Positions 54,345 through 63,412 of a DNA stretch of 64,000 nucleotides are shown here, piece after piece. Source of the DNA: Solirubrobacterales bacterium (lineage in GTDB: Bacteria > Actinomycetota > Thermoleophilia > Solirubrobacterales > Solirubrobacteraceae); the NCBI GenBank assembly GCA_040255945.1, contig JBDZVZ010000004.1, positions 19,290-83,289 on the forward strand, given 5' to 3'. The notes under the pieces are model-generated. The model was not told the origin of the DNA. It did no database searches and saw only the letters and a list, made by a program, of their open reading frames with translations. The translations under genes were made by a program, and so were the position numbers. Numbering within the stretch: position 1 is the stretch's first letter; each line of letters begins with the position of its first letter.

Positions 54345-55697
54345 GTGCGCGTCCTGCTCGCCAAGGACCTGCGGATCCTGCGCCGCTCTCCGCTGCTCGT
54401 CGGCCTGCTCGTCGCCTACCCGATCCTCATCGCCGTCCTCATCGGGCTGGCGCTCTCGCAGGGCCCGGGCAAGCCGAAGGTCGCCGTCGTCAACGAGCTG
54501 GCCGGGGGCGGCGCCCCCCTGACGATCGGCGGCACGCGCGTCGAGCCGCTCGAGTACGCGGAGAAGCTCTCGGAGTCGATCGACCCGGTGCAGGTCCGCA
54601 GCCGTGCCGAGGCGCGCCGCAGGGTCCTCGACGGCGAGGTGCTCGCCGCGATCATCGTGCCGCGCGACCTGCTGCAGCGCGTCCAGAGCACGATCGCGCT
54701 GGCCGGCGGCAACCAGCGGCCCACCGTCGAGGTTCTCTACAACGCCCAGGACCCCGTGAAGCGCCGCTTCGTCGAGTCGACGATCGACAGCCGGGTCGCC
54801 GAGCTCAACCGTGCCGTCTCGGGCAAGCTCACCGAGGTCGCCGCCGGCTACATCGACCTGCTGCTGCGCGGCGGGCACTTCTCGCTGCTGGGCCGCTCGT
54901 TCGACGTCATCGGCCTGGAGCGGGCGAAGCAGATGATCGACACCGTCCTCACGAGGACGCCGCGCGGCACCCCGAGCCACGCCGAGCTGCAGCGCGTCTC
55001 GCGCTTCGCCGGCCTGGCGGTCGACAACCTCGACCTCGCCAAGCCGATCCTGCGCAGCGCGGGCGCGCCGATCGCCGTCAAGGAGGTCGCGCTGCGGGGC
55101 CGCCACACGCCGCTGAACGCCTACGCGGTCGCGATCGCCGTGACGCTGTCGCTCATGCTCGTCTGCGTCCTGCTGGCCGCCGGCATGCTCGCGCTCGAAC
55201 GCGAGGAGCACGCGTTCTCGCGGCTCGTCCGCGGCCTCGTCAGCCACACGACGCTGGTGGCCGAGAAGATCGTCCTGGCCGCCGCGTGCGCGGCGGCTGC
55301 CGCCCTGCTGCTGTGTGCCGGCGTGTCGCTCTTCGTCGCCCTGGATTGGGGCCGGGCGCCCTGGTGGGTGCTGGCCACCGCCGTCGGCGGGCTCGGCTTC
55401 GCGGCCCTGGGGGTCGCGATCGGCGCGCTGGCCCGCGAGGTGCGCGCCGCATCGCTGCTGGCGATCCTGCTGACGCTGCCGATCGCGTTCCTGGCGCTCG
55501 TGCCGTCGGGCGCGGTCGACGACACGCTCTACGACGTCATCCGCGCGATCAGCGCCGTCTTCCCGTTCCGCCCTGCCCTGCATGCCGTCGACGCGGCGAT
55601 CAACGGCGGCGGCCTGGCCGGCCCGCTCGCCCACCTCGCCGGGCTGACCGTCGCCTGGGCCGCGATCGCACGCGTCGGCCTGCGGCGCTTCGCGTAG
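54345..55697 (+). CDS. ABC-2 type transporter permease with large extracytoplasmic loop
   Basis: N-terminal TM, a roughly 230-aa soluble loop, then 5 C-terminal TM segments. Directly follows the ATPase. Confidence 0.75.
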   Translation: MRVLLAKDLRILRRSPLLVGLLVAYPILIAVLIGLALSQGPGKPKVAVVNELAGGGAPLTIGGTRVEPLEYAEKLSESIDPVQVRSRAEARRRVLDGEVLAAIIVPRDLLQRVQSTIALAGGNQRPTVEVLYNAQDPVKRRFVESTIDSRVAELNRAVSGKLTEVAAGYIDLLLRGGHFSLLGRSFDVIGLERAKQMIDTVLTRTPRGTPSHAELQRVSRFAGLAVDNLDLAKPILRSAGAPIAVKEVALRGRHTPLNAYAVAIAVTLSLMLVCVLLAAGMLALEREEHAFSRLVRGLVSHTTLVAEKIVLAAACAAAAALLLCAGVSLFVALDWGRAPWWVLATAVGGLGFAALGVAIGALAREVRAASLLAILLTLPIAFLALVPSGAVDDTLYDVIRAISAVFPFRPALHAVDAAINGGGLAGPLAHLAGLTVAWAAIARVGLRRFA

Positions 55698-55707
55698 GCT
55701 CGGGCCC

Positions 55708-56322
55708 GTGCTCGAGCCCCCGCCGCCGCGCGTCCGCCTCGACGCCGAGATGACGGCGATCCGGCCGCTCGCGGTCGCCGACGCCGAGGAGTACGCGGCC
55801 GCCGTCATCGCCAACCGCGCCCACACCGAGCCGTGGGAGCCGGTCCATCCCGCCAGCCACTACAGCGTGTCCGGCCAGCGCGAGACGCTGCGCCGCGACG
55901 TCGAGGCCTGGGAGCTCGGCACCGGGTACGCGTTCGCGGTCCTCGACCGCACCGCCGGCGACGCGATCATCGGCCGGATCGCCCTGGGCAACGTCGTGCG
56001 CGGCGCCTGGCGCAACGCGACGCTCGGCTACTGGGTGGCGGCCGACGCCGGCGGCCGCGGCCACGGCACCGAGGCGGCCCGGCTCATCTGCGCGTTCGCG
56101 TTCGAGCGGGCCGGCCTGCACCGGGTCCAGCCCGCGGTCATCCCGCGCAACCGGCGCTCGATCCGCGTCGTCGAGAAGGCGGGCTTTCGCCACGAGGGGC
56201 GGGCGCTGCGCTACCTGAACATCGCCGGGCGCTGGGAGGACCACGAGATCTTCGCGATGACCGCCGAGGACTGGGCCGATCGCCCAGAGGGCGATCGGCG
56301 TCCGGAATCGCGACGGTCATGA
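55708..56322 (+). CDS. GNAT-family N-acetyltransferase (RimJ/RimL-like)
   Basis: IGRIALGNV....NATLGYWVAADAGGRGHGTEAARLICAFAFERAGLHRVQPAVIPRNRRSIRVVEKAGFRHEG. Confidence 0.82.
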   Translation: MLEPPPPRVRLDAEMTAIRPLAVADAEEYAAAVIANRAHTEPWEPVHPASHYSVSGQRETLRRDVEAWELGTGYAFAVLDRTAGDAIIGRIALGNVVRGAWRNATLGYWVAADAGGRGHGTEAARLICAFAFERAGLHRVQPAVIPRNRRSIRVVEKAGFRHEGRALRYLNIAGRWEDHEIFAMTAEDWADRPEGDRRPESRRS

Positions 56323-56383
56323 GCGAGGCGGCGCTCGCCCGCGAGCGATTCCGGGGCGCGTCCGACGGCTAACCTGACATCCG

Positions 56384-57361
56384 ATGGCTGCGTTCCCGAC
56401 GACGCGCATGCGGCGCCTGCGCCGCACCGGCGCCCTCCGCGCCCTCGTGCGCGAGACCGTGTTGCAGCCGTCCGATCTCGTCCTGCCGCTCTTCGTCCAG
56501 GAGGGCCTGGAGGGCAGCACGTCCATCGGCTCCATGCCCGGCGTCAGCCGCCACGGCATCGAGTCCGCGGTCGCCGAGGCGGGCGCCGCCCACGCCCTCG
56601 GCGTCGGGGCGGTCATGCTCTTCGGCATCCCGGCCGTCAAGGACGCCGAGGGCAGCGGGGCGTGGGACGACGCGGGCGCCGTCCAGCTCGCCGCGCGGGC
56701 GCTGAAGTCCGCCCACCCCGAGCTCGTCGTCACGACCGACGTCTGCCTCTGCGAGTACACCGACCACGGCCACTGCGGCGTCATCGGCGATCGCGACGAG
56801 GTCGACAACGACGTCTCGCTCGACCTCCTGGCCCGCACCGCCGTCTCGCACGCGCGCGCGGGCGTCGACGCCGTCGTGCCCAGCGACATGATGGACGGCC
56901 GCGTCGCCGCGATCCGCGCCGCGCTCGACGAGGCCGGCTTCGCCCACACGCCGATCGTCGCCCACAGCGCGAAGTTCGCCTCGAGCTTCTACGGCCCGTT
57001 TCGCGAGGCCGCCGGCGGCGCGCCGCAGTTCGGCGACCGCCGCGGCTACCAGATGGACCCCGCCAACGGCGACGAGGCCGTGCGGGAGGCGCTGCTCGAC
57101 GTCGACGAGGGCGCCGACGTCGTGCTCGTCAAGCCGGCCACGGCCTACCTCGACGTGCTCTGGCGCGTCAAGCAGGCCACCCGGCTGCCCGTCGCCGCGT
57201 ACCACGTCGGCGGGGAGTACGTCATGATCAAGGCGGCCGCCGCCACCGGTCATCTCGATGAGCGCGCGGCGGTCCTGGAGACGCTGACGGCGATCCGCCG
57301 GGCCGGCGCCGACATCGTCATCACCTACCACGCGAAGGACGCTGCACAGTGGCTTCAGTGA
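56384..57361 (+). CDS. hemB: porphobilinogen synthase (delta-aminolevulinic acid dehydratase)
   Basis: RMRRLRRTGALRALVRET.L...DLVLPLFV, the TDVCLCEYTDHGHCG (Cys-rich Zn site), PSDMMDGRV, and the KPA Schiff-base Lys region (VLVKPATAYLD). Confidence 0.94.
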   Translation: MAAFPTTRMRRLRRTGALRALVRETVLQPSDLVLPLFVQEGLEGSTSIGSMPGVSRHGIESAVAEAGAAHALGVGAVMLFGIPAVKDAEGSGAWDDAGAVQLAARALKSAHPELVVTTDVCLCEYTDHGHCGVIGDRDEVDNDVSLDLLARTAVSHARAGVDAVVPSDMMDGRVAAIRAALDEAGFAHTPIVAHSAKFASSFYGPFREAAGGAPQFGDRRGYQMDPANGDEAVREALLDVDEGADVVLVKPATAYLDVLWRVKQATRLPVAAYHVGGEYVMIKAAAATGHLDERAAVLETLTAIRRAGADIVITYHAKDAAQWLQ

Positions 57362-58425
57362 CCCCCAAGATCCGCTCGCGCAAGGACGGGGCCGCGGTCC
57401 CCCTCGACGAGTTCGACAAGCGGCTGCTCAACGAGATGCAGGGCTCGTTCCGGATCGTCCCGCGGCCCTACGCCGAGGTCGCCGCGAGCCTCGGGGTCGA
57501 CGAGGACATCGTCCTGCGCCGCGTCGCCGAGCTCGTCCAGCAGCGGATCATCCGCCAGGTCACGCCGATCTTCGACACGCGCGCGCTCGGCTACAAGTCG
57601 ATGCTCGTCGCCGCCAAGGTCGACGCCGAGCACCCGTGGCGGCCGGCGAAGATCGTCAACGAGCATCCGGGCGTCTCGCACAACTACCTGCGCAACCACG
57701 ACTTCAACATGTGGTTCACGATCGCCGTCGAGCCCGACTCGATCCTGGGCCTCGAGGGCACGCTCGACGTCCTCGCCCGCGAGACCGGCGCCGAGTCGGT
57801 GCGCATGCTGCCGACCCTGAAGCTCTTCAAGATCCGCATGGACCTCGAGATGTCGGGCGACACGCAGGCGCTCGCGAAGGCGGCCGAGGCGGTCGCCCCC
57901 GCGGAGACCGACCCGCAGCCCTACGACGACCTCGACAAGGCGGTCATCCGGGCCACCCAGGGCGACCTGCCGGTCGTCTCCGAGCCCTACGCGGACGCCG
58001 CCCGCGAGCTCGGCATGAGCGTCGAGAAGCTCGTCGAGCACCTCGAGGGCATGGTCGAGCGCCGGCTCCTGCGCCGCGTCGCCGCCATCCTCTTCCACCG
58101 CCGGGCCGGCTTCAGCGCCAACGGCATGGGCGTCTGGAAGGTGCCGCAGGACCGCGTGCTGGAGGCCGGCGCCAAGATGGCGGCCTTCCGCGGCATCAGC
58201 CACTGCTACGAGCGGCCGACCTACGCCGACTGGCCCTACCAGCTCTTCACGATGGCCCACGGCCGCTCCAAGGAGGAGTGCGACGCGATCCTCGACGCGG
58301 TCGGGGCCGAGGTCGGCTGCGTCGAGGACCGGGCGACCCTCTACTCGTCGACCGAGTTCAAGAAGGTCCGGCTCCTGTACTTCACCGACGACTTCAAGCG
58401 CTGGGAACGAGAGCACGCGGCTTGA
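57358..58425 (+). CDS. fused siroheme decarboxylase-like protein (AhbA/AhbB- or NirD/NirL-type, two Lrp/AsnC-like halves)
   Basis: Two tandem halves. Each has an HTH-like start (LDEFDKRLLNEMQG.F / LDKAVIRATQGDLP) and the family motif H(P)GVSHNYLR...FNMWFT / GISHCYERP...YQLFTMAHG. GTG 57358 overlaps the hemB stop (GTGA). The stop overlaps the hemL TTG. Confidence 0.7.
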   Translation: MTPKIRSRKDGAAVPLDEFDKRLLNEMQGSFRIVPRPYAEVAASLGVDEDIVLRRVAELVQQRIIRQVTPIFDTRALGYKSMLVAAKVDAEHPWRPAKIVNEHPGVSHNYLRNHDFNMWFTIAVEPDSILGLEGTLDVLARETGAESVRMLPTLKLFKIRMDLEMSGDTQALAKAAEAVAPAETDPQPYDDLDKAVIRATQGDLPVVSEPYADAARELGMSVEKLVEHLEGMVERRLLRRVAAILFHRRAGFSANGMGVWKVPQDRVLEAGAKMAAFRGISHCYERPTYADWPYQLFTMAHGRSKEECDAILDAVGAEVGCVEDRATLYSSTEFKKVRLLYFTDDFKRWEREHAA

Positions 58426-59717
58426 GCGTCTCCCTGACCGACACCCGCTCCGCCGAGCTCTACGCGCGGGCGCAGCGGCGCCTGCCGGGCGGAGTGAACT
58501 CCCCGGTGCGCGCGATGCGCGCCATCGGCCGCGATCCGATCTTCGTCGAGCGCGCCCACGGCGCCGAGCTCGTCGACGTCGACGGCAACCGCTATGTCGA
58601 CTACGTCTGCTCGTGGGGTCCGCTCATCCACGGCCACGCCCATCCGGAGATCGTCGCGGCGGTCACCGAGGCGGCGGCGCGCGGCACGAGCTACGGCGCC
58701 CCGACCGCCGGCGAGGTCGAGCTCGCCGAGGAGGTCGCCCGCCGCGTGCCCGGGGTCGAGATGCTGCGCATGACCTCGTCGGGCACGGAGGCGTCGATGA
58801 GCGCCATCCGGCTCGCCCGGGCGGCGACCGGCCGGACGAAGCTGCTGAAGTTCGCCGGCGCCTACCACGGCCATGTCGACGGCCTGCTCGCCGAGGCCGG
58901 CAGCGGCCTGGCGACCGCGGGCGTGCCGGCCAGCCCCGGTGTGCCCGAGGCGGCCACGCACGAGACGATCGTCGTGCCCTTCAACGACGGCGAGGCCGTC
59001 GCGCGCGCCTGCGCCGAGCACGAGTTCGCCGCGATCCTCGCCGAGCCCTACCCGGCGAACATGGGACTCGTCCTGCCCGTCGAAGGCTTCCTGCAGTTCC
59101 TGCGCAACCAGGCCGACGCCAACGGCGCCCTGCTGATCTTCGACGAGGTCATCACGGGCTTCCGCGTCTCGGAGGGCGGCGCCCAGGAGCGCCACGGCGT
59201 GCTGCCCGACCTGACGATCATGGGCAAGGTGCTCGGCGGCGGGCTGCCGGCCGCCGCCTACGGCGGCTCCGAGGCGCTCATGGAGCGCATCGCCCCGGCC
59301 GGCGACGTCTACCAGGCGGGCACGCTGAGCGGCAACCCGCTGGCCGTCGCCGCCGGCCTCACGACGCTGCGCCTGCTCGACGAGGCCGCCTACCGGCGTC
59401 TGGGGGCGACGACCGAGACGCTCGCCGACGGCCTGCGGGAGGCGGCGGCCGCCGCCGAGGTGCCGGTGTCGGTCACGTCGGCGCCCGGCCTGCTCACGGT
59501 CTTCTTCGCCCCGGAGGCGCCACGCGAGTACGCCGCCGCCCAGGCCTGCGACCGTGAGGCGTACGGCGCCTGGTGCCGTGCGCTGCTGGCCCGGGGCGTC
59601 TACCCGCCGCCGTCGCAGTTCGAGGCGTGGTTCCCGTCGCTCGCGCACGAGCCCGAGCACGTCGAGCGCACGCTCGAGGCCGCCGCCGCCGCGTTCGCCG
59701 AGGTCGCGGGCGCGTGA
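58422..59717 (+). CDS. hemL: glutamate-1-semialdehyde 2,1-aminomutase
   Basis: LPGGVNSPVRA, YVDYVCSWGPLI.GH, SGTEA, FDEVITGFR, MGKVLGGGLP (PLP Lys), GTLSGNPLA. The TTG start is inferred from a TTGA overlap. Confidence 0.93.
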   Translation: MSVSLTDTRSAELYARAQRRLPGGVNSPVRAMRAIGRDPIFVERAHGAELVDVDGNRYVDYVCSWGPLIHGHAHPEIVAAVTEAAARGTSYGAPTAGEVELAEEVARRVPGVEMLRMTSSGTEASMSAIRLARAATGRTKLLKFAGAYHGHVDGLLAEAGSGLATAGVPASPGVPEAATHETIVVPFNDGEAVARACAEHEFAAILAEPYPANMGLVLPVEGFLQFLRNQADANGALLIFDEVITGFRVSEGGAQERHGVLPDLTIMGKVLGGGLPAAAYGGSEALMERIAPAGDVYQAGTLSGNPLAVAAGLTTLRLLDEAAYRRLGATTETLADGLREAAAAAEVPVSVTSAPGLLTVFFAPEAPREYAAAQACDREAYGAWCRALLARGVYPPPSQFEAWFPSLAHEPEHVERTLEAAAAAFAEVAGA

Positions 59718-60271
59718 TCCTCGAGCGGCTCGCCGCGCTCGTGCGCGACGAGGGCGGCCTGCTCGCCGAGGCGCTCGCGGCGGCCCCGTCCGGCGCGACC
59801 CCGCACGGTGCGCTCGTCGCGGCCGGGCCGCGCGCCGACGGCCACCCGGCCGACCTGCCACTCGTCGTCGAGGTCGTCCGCGAGGGCTACCTCCTGCACC
59901 ACGGCGGCGACGGTGCCGGAGACGAGGGGCCCCGCCGCGGCCGTGTCCTCGCCCCCGGCGACGACGACCTCGCGCTGTTGGCCGGCGACCGGCTCTACGC
60001 CCTCGGCCTCGAGCGGCTCGCCGCCGCCGGCGATCTCGACGCGGTCGCGGCCCTCGCGGACCTCATCGCGCTCGGCTCGCAGGCCGAGGCGGCCGGTGAC
60101 CCGGATCTTGCCGACGCGGTCTGGGAGGCCGGCGCGGCCGAGCTCGGCTGGGGCCCGGACGCCGCGCTGGACAGCGCCAAAGAGGCGGTACGTGCAGGGC
60201 AAACGGACGCGGCCGAGCGTCTGCGCGCCGCCGTCCGCGCCGTCACCGGACCGCTCGCGCCGAGCCGCTGA
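59714..60271 (+). CDS. hypothetical protein resembling a polyprenyl synthase fragment that lacks the Asp-rich motifs
   Basis: The GTG overlaps the hemL stop (GTGA). VVEVVREGYLLHHGGDG....RRGR....LLAGDRLYALGLERLA aligns without gaps to AVELIHSATLVHDDVLD...RRGR...TQTGDLLFARAFALLT of the hepT at 63409+. Confidence 0.5.
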   Translation: MILERLAALVRDEGGLLAEALAAAPSGATPHGALVAAGPRADGHPADLPLVVEVVREGYLLHHGGDGAGDEGPRRGRVLAPGDDDLALLAGDRLYALGLERLAAAGDLDAVAALADLIALGSQAEAAGDPDLADAVWEAGAAELGWGPDAALDSAKEAVRAGQTDAAERLRAAVRAVTGPLAPSR

Positions 60272-60391
60272 GCGGACACCGCCGCGCACCCTCAGCGCGC
60301 CGACGGAGGGGGGCCGGTAGATTTCCGGGCCCCGGATCGTGGGCGACCCCTGGGAGCCCGCGGATCCTCCGCACACTTCAACGCCATCACC

Positions 60392-61078
60392 GTGCCCAAG
60401 AAGCAAGCCAAGAGCAAGTACACCGCCGACCGGGGCATCCCGGGCGCCTTCGAGGGCGAGACCGTCACGCGCCGCCGGTTCATGGTCGGCAGCGCCCACG
60501 CGACGGGCGCGATCGCCACCTCGGCGATCCTCCTCCCGTCGCTCGGGTTCGCCATCGGGCCGATCTTCGAGGAGCACGAGCAGCGCTGGCAGGCCGTCGG
60601 GCCCGTCGACGAGTTCCCCGACGACACGTACGTCCCCAAGGTCATCTCGATCGCCGACGGCATCGGCGAGACCGGCAAGACGACCGTCTACGTGCGCAAG
60701 CGCAACCCGAAGCTCGACACCGACGAGCTGCCCAAGGGCTTCGAGTCCGAGGAGTTCGTCGCGATCTCCTCGCGCTGCATGCACCTCGGCTGCCCGGTCC
60801 GCTACACCGACGCGGCGCAGCGCTTCATCTGCCCGTGCCACGGCGGCGTCTACGACTTCCAGGGCAAGGTGGACGGCGGCCCGCCGGTCCGCCCGCTCGA
60901 CCGCTTCTACAACCGCGTCCGCAACGGCCAGGTCGAGATCGGGCCCCGCTTCTCGGTCAACAGCGAGCTGCGCCGCTTCTCGCCCCGCGACCCCGGCGAG
61001 CCCATCGACGGCATTGGCCAGTACCTGTACCCCTCGCGGCCCTCGATCCGCAAGCTCGACTCGCTCCCGCAGGAGTAG
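60392..61078 (+). CDS. qcrA: menaquinol-cytochrome c reductase Rieske iron-sulfur subunit
   Basis: Twin-Arg-like TRRRFM plus a TM. The Rieske boxes are CMHLGCP and CPCHGG. Confidence 0.87.
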   Translation: MPKKQAKSKYTADRGIPGAFEGETVTRRRFMVGSAHATGAIATSAILLPSLGFAIGPIFEEHEQRWQAVGPVDEFPDDTYVPKVISIADGIGETGKTTVYVRKRNPKLDTDELPKGFESEEFVAISSRCMHLGCPVRYTDAAQRFICPCHGGVYDFQGKVDGGPPVRPLDRFYNRVRNGQVEIGPRFSVNSELRRFSPRDPGEPIDGIGQYLYPSRPSIRKLDSLPQE

Positions 61079-61083
61079 CTCTG

Positions 61084-61887
61084 ATGCCGAAGCTCAAGCT
61101 CCCCGCACCGCCCCTGCCGCCGTCGTTGCGGCCGGCGCCCAAGCGCCCCGGCGCCCCGAAGCCGACCCCGCTCGACACGGCCGCCGACGCCGGCGCCCAC
61201 GTCGTCGGCTGGGTCGACGAGCGCACGTCGCTCTCCGGCGGCCTGCGCTGGATGATGTTCCGCAAGGTGCCCAAGGGCACCAACTGGTTCTACACCCTGG
61301 GCTCCGCGACGATGTTCGCCTTCCTCTCGCAGGCGATCACCGGCGTCTTCCTCGCGATGTACTACCGGCCCGACGCCGCCGGCGGAGCGTACGAGTCGAT
61401 CCGCCACATCAACGACGACGTCTTCCTCGGCGAGTTCGTCCACGGCATGCACAAGTGGGGTTCGACCGTCATGGTCATCCTCGTCTTCCTGCACATGGCC
61501 AGGACGTTCTTCTTCGGCGCGTACAAGTACCCGCGCGAGCTCAACTGGGTCATCGGCGTCGCCCTGCTCATCCTCACGATGGCGATGTCGTTCACCGGCT
61601 ACCTGCTGCCGTTCGACCAGCGGTCCTACTGGGCGACGGTCGTGGGCGTGAACATCAACGGCACCGGCCCGCTCGTCGGCCCGTACCTGTCCGACTTCCT
61701 GCGCGGCGGGGCCGAGTTCGGCGCCACGACGCTGTCCCGCTTCTACGCGATCCACATGATGCTCGTGCCCGGCATCATCGCGGCGCTCATCGGCGCCCAT
61801 CTGTACCTGGTGGCGAAGCTCGGCACCACGGCCCCGCCGTGGCTGAAGGCCAAGCCGGTCGCCGAGATGAACGAGGAGCGCGCGTGA
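61084..61887 (+). CDS. qcrB: cytochrome b6-type subunit (short, N-terminal cytochrome b)
   Basis: WFYTLGSATMFAFLSQAITGVFLAMYY, HKWGSTVMVILVFLHMARTFFFGAYKYPRELNW, SFTGYLLPFDQRSYWAT and RFYAIHMMLVP contain the four heme-ligand His contexts. Confidence 0.9.
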   Translation: MPKLKLPAPPLPPSLRPAPKRPGAPKPTPLDTAADAGAHVVGWVDERTSLSGGLRWMMFRKVPKGTNWFYTLGSATMFAFLSQAITGVFLAMYYRPDAAGGAYESIRHINDDVFLGEFVHGMHKWGSTVMVILVFLHMARTFFFGAYKYPRELNWVIGVALLILTMAMSFTGYLLPFDQRSYWATVVGVNINGTGPLVGPYLSDFLRGGAEFGATTLSRFYAIHMMLVPGIIAALIGAHLYLVAKLGTTAPPWLKAKPVAEMNEERA

Positions 61888-62675
61888 ACCGCCAGCAGAA
61901 GGAGGAGTACCTCCGCGAGTACTCCAAGCTCAAGGCCGAGGGGAAGCCGTTCTTCCCCTACGCCGTCGCCAAGGACGGCGCGATGGCCTGCATCGTCATC
62001 GGCATCATCGTCGCGATGTCGATCGTCCTCGGCGCCGAGCTCGGCCCGAAGGCCGACCCGACGACGACGACCTACACGCCGCGGCCCGAGTGGTACTTCT
62101 TCTTCCTCTTCGAGCTGCTGCGCGTCATCAAGCCGCCCGAGTTCGTCCCGCTCGCCACGATCGGCGTGCCGACGATCTGCATGATCCTCCTGTTCCTGCT
62201 GCCGTTCTACGACCGCAGCCCCGAGCGGCGCCCCGAGCGGCGCCCGGTCGCCACGCTCGCCGGCATCTTCACGATCGCCGCGATGGGCTACCTGACCTAC
62301 CTGGGCGCGAACGCGGGCTCGCCGAACGAGATCGACATGGCCACCCCGGCCGGCGTGACGAGCCAGGGCGCGGCCGCGGTCCAGCAGTTCGAGAAGGGTC
62401 GCCAGGTCGCCGCCCAGTCCGGCTGCCTGGCCTGCCACAAGATCGGCGAGAACGGCAACGACGGCCCGGGCCCGCACCTCACCGACATCGCCGATCGGCT
62501 GCCGGCCGCCGGCATCGAGCGCACGCTCATCAACCCGACCGCCCCGATGCCGTCGTTCAAGAAGCTCGCCGACCAGGATCCCGAGCGGTTCAAGGCGCTC
62601 GTCGCCTTCCTCGGCCAGCTGAAGTCCGGCGACGAGGACACGCAGTCGAGCAACACGAGCAGCCCGGAGAAGTGA
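61884..62675 (+). CDS. qcrC: subunit IV-like (cytochrome b C-terminal part) fused to a monoheme cytochrome c
   Basis: PRPEWYFFFLFELLR (PEWY-type motif) plus 3 TM segments, then CLACH (CxxCH) and a distal PMPSF Met. The GTG overlaps the qcrB stop (GTGA). Confidence 0.83.
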   Translation: MNRQQKEEYLREYSKLKAEGKPFFPYAVAKDGAMACIVIGIIVAMSIVLGAELGPKADPTTTTYTPRPEWYFFFLFELLRVIKPPEFVPLATIGVPTICMILLFLLPFYDRSPERRPERRPVATLAGIFTIAAMGYLTYLGANAGSPNEIDMATPAGVTSQGAAAVQQFEKGRQVAAQSGCLACHKIGENGNDGPGPHLTDIADRLPAAGIERTLINPTAPMPSFKKLADQDPERFKALVAFLGQLKSGDEDTQSSNTSSPEK

Positions 62676-63412
62676 TGCCGGGCGCGGCCGCCGAGCGCGG
62701 CACGCTCCCCGAGCCGCAGGTCCGCGCGATGTTCGACCGCATCGCGCGGGTCTACGACCTCATGAACTCCGTCATGACGGCGGGGTTGCACCACCAGTGG
62801 CGCCGCCGGGCCGCGGACCTTGCGAACGTGGGCCCGGGCGACCGGGTCCTCGACGTCGCCACCGGCACCGGCGACCTGGCCGTCGAGCTCGCCGGCCGCG
62901 TCGGCCCGTCCGGCCAGGTCATCGGGTCGGACTTCTCCGAGGAGATGCTGGCCAATGCCCGGCGGAAAGTCTCCGGTCATTCGTCGCCCGCCGTGGCGGG
63001 CATTCGCTTCGAGTGGGGCAACGCGCTCGAGCTGTCCTACGGCGACGGCGAGTTCGACGCGGCGACCGCCGGCTTCGGCGCCCGCAACTTCTCCGACCTC
63101 GAGCAAGGCCTGCGCGAGATGACCCGGGTCGTGCGCCCGGGCGGCCGGGTCGTCATCCTCGAGATCACGACGCCGCAGCGGCCGCCCTTGTCGACGTTCT
63201 TCGGACTGTGGTTCGATCACGTCGTGCCGCTCATCGGCAAGCTCGCCGGCGACAGCCAGGCTTACGACTATCTTCCGAGCTCCGTGAAGCGCTTTCCCGG
63301 ACCGCCTGAGCTGGCCGCGACGATGCAGCGCGCCGGCCTCACCGACCTGCGCTGGACCCTGACCGCGGGCGGCATCATCGCCATCCACGTCGGAACCAAG
63401 CCGGGCGCATGA
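62675..63412 (+). CDS. menG: demethylmenaquinone methyltransferase (UbiE/MenG family)
   Basis: VRAMFDRIARVYDLMNSVMTAGLHHQWRR, VLDVATGTGDLA, VRPGGRVVILE, YDYLPSSVKRFP. Confidence 0.9.
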   Translation: MPGAAAERGTLPEPQVRAMFDRIARVYDLMNSVMTAGLHHQWRRRAADLANVGPGDRVLDVATGTGDLAVELAGRVGPSGQVIGSDFSEEMLANARRKVSGHSSPAVAGIRFEWGNALELSYGDGEFDAATAGFGARNFSDLEQGLREMTRVVRPGGRVVILEITTPQRPPLSTFFGLWFDHVVPLIGKLAGDSQAYDYLPSSVKRFPGPPELAATMQRAGLTDLRWTLTAGGIIAIHVGTKPGA

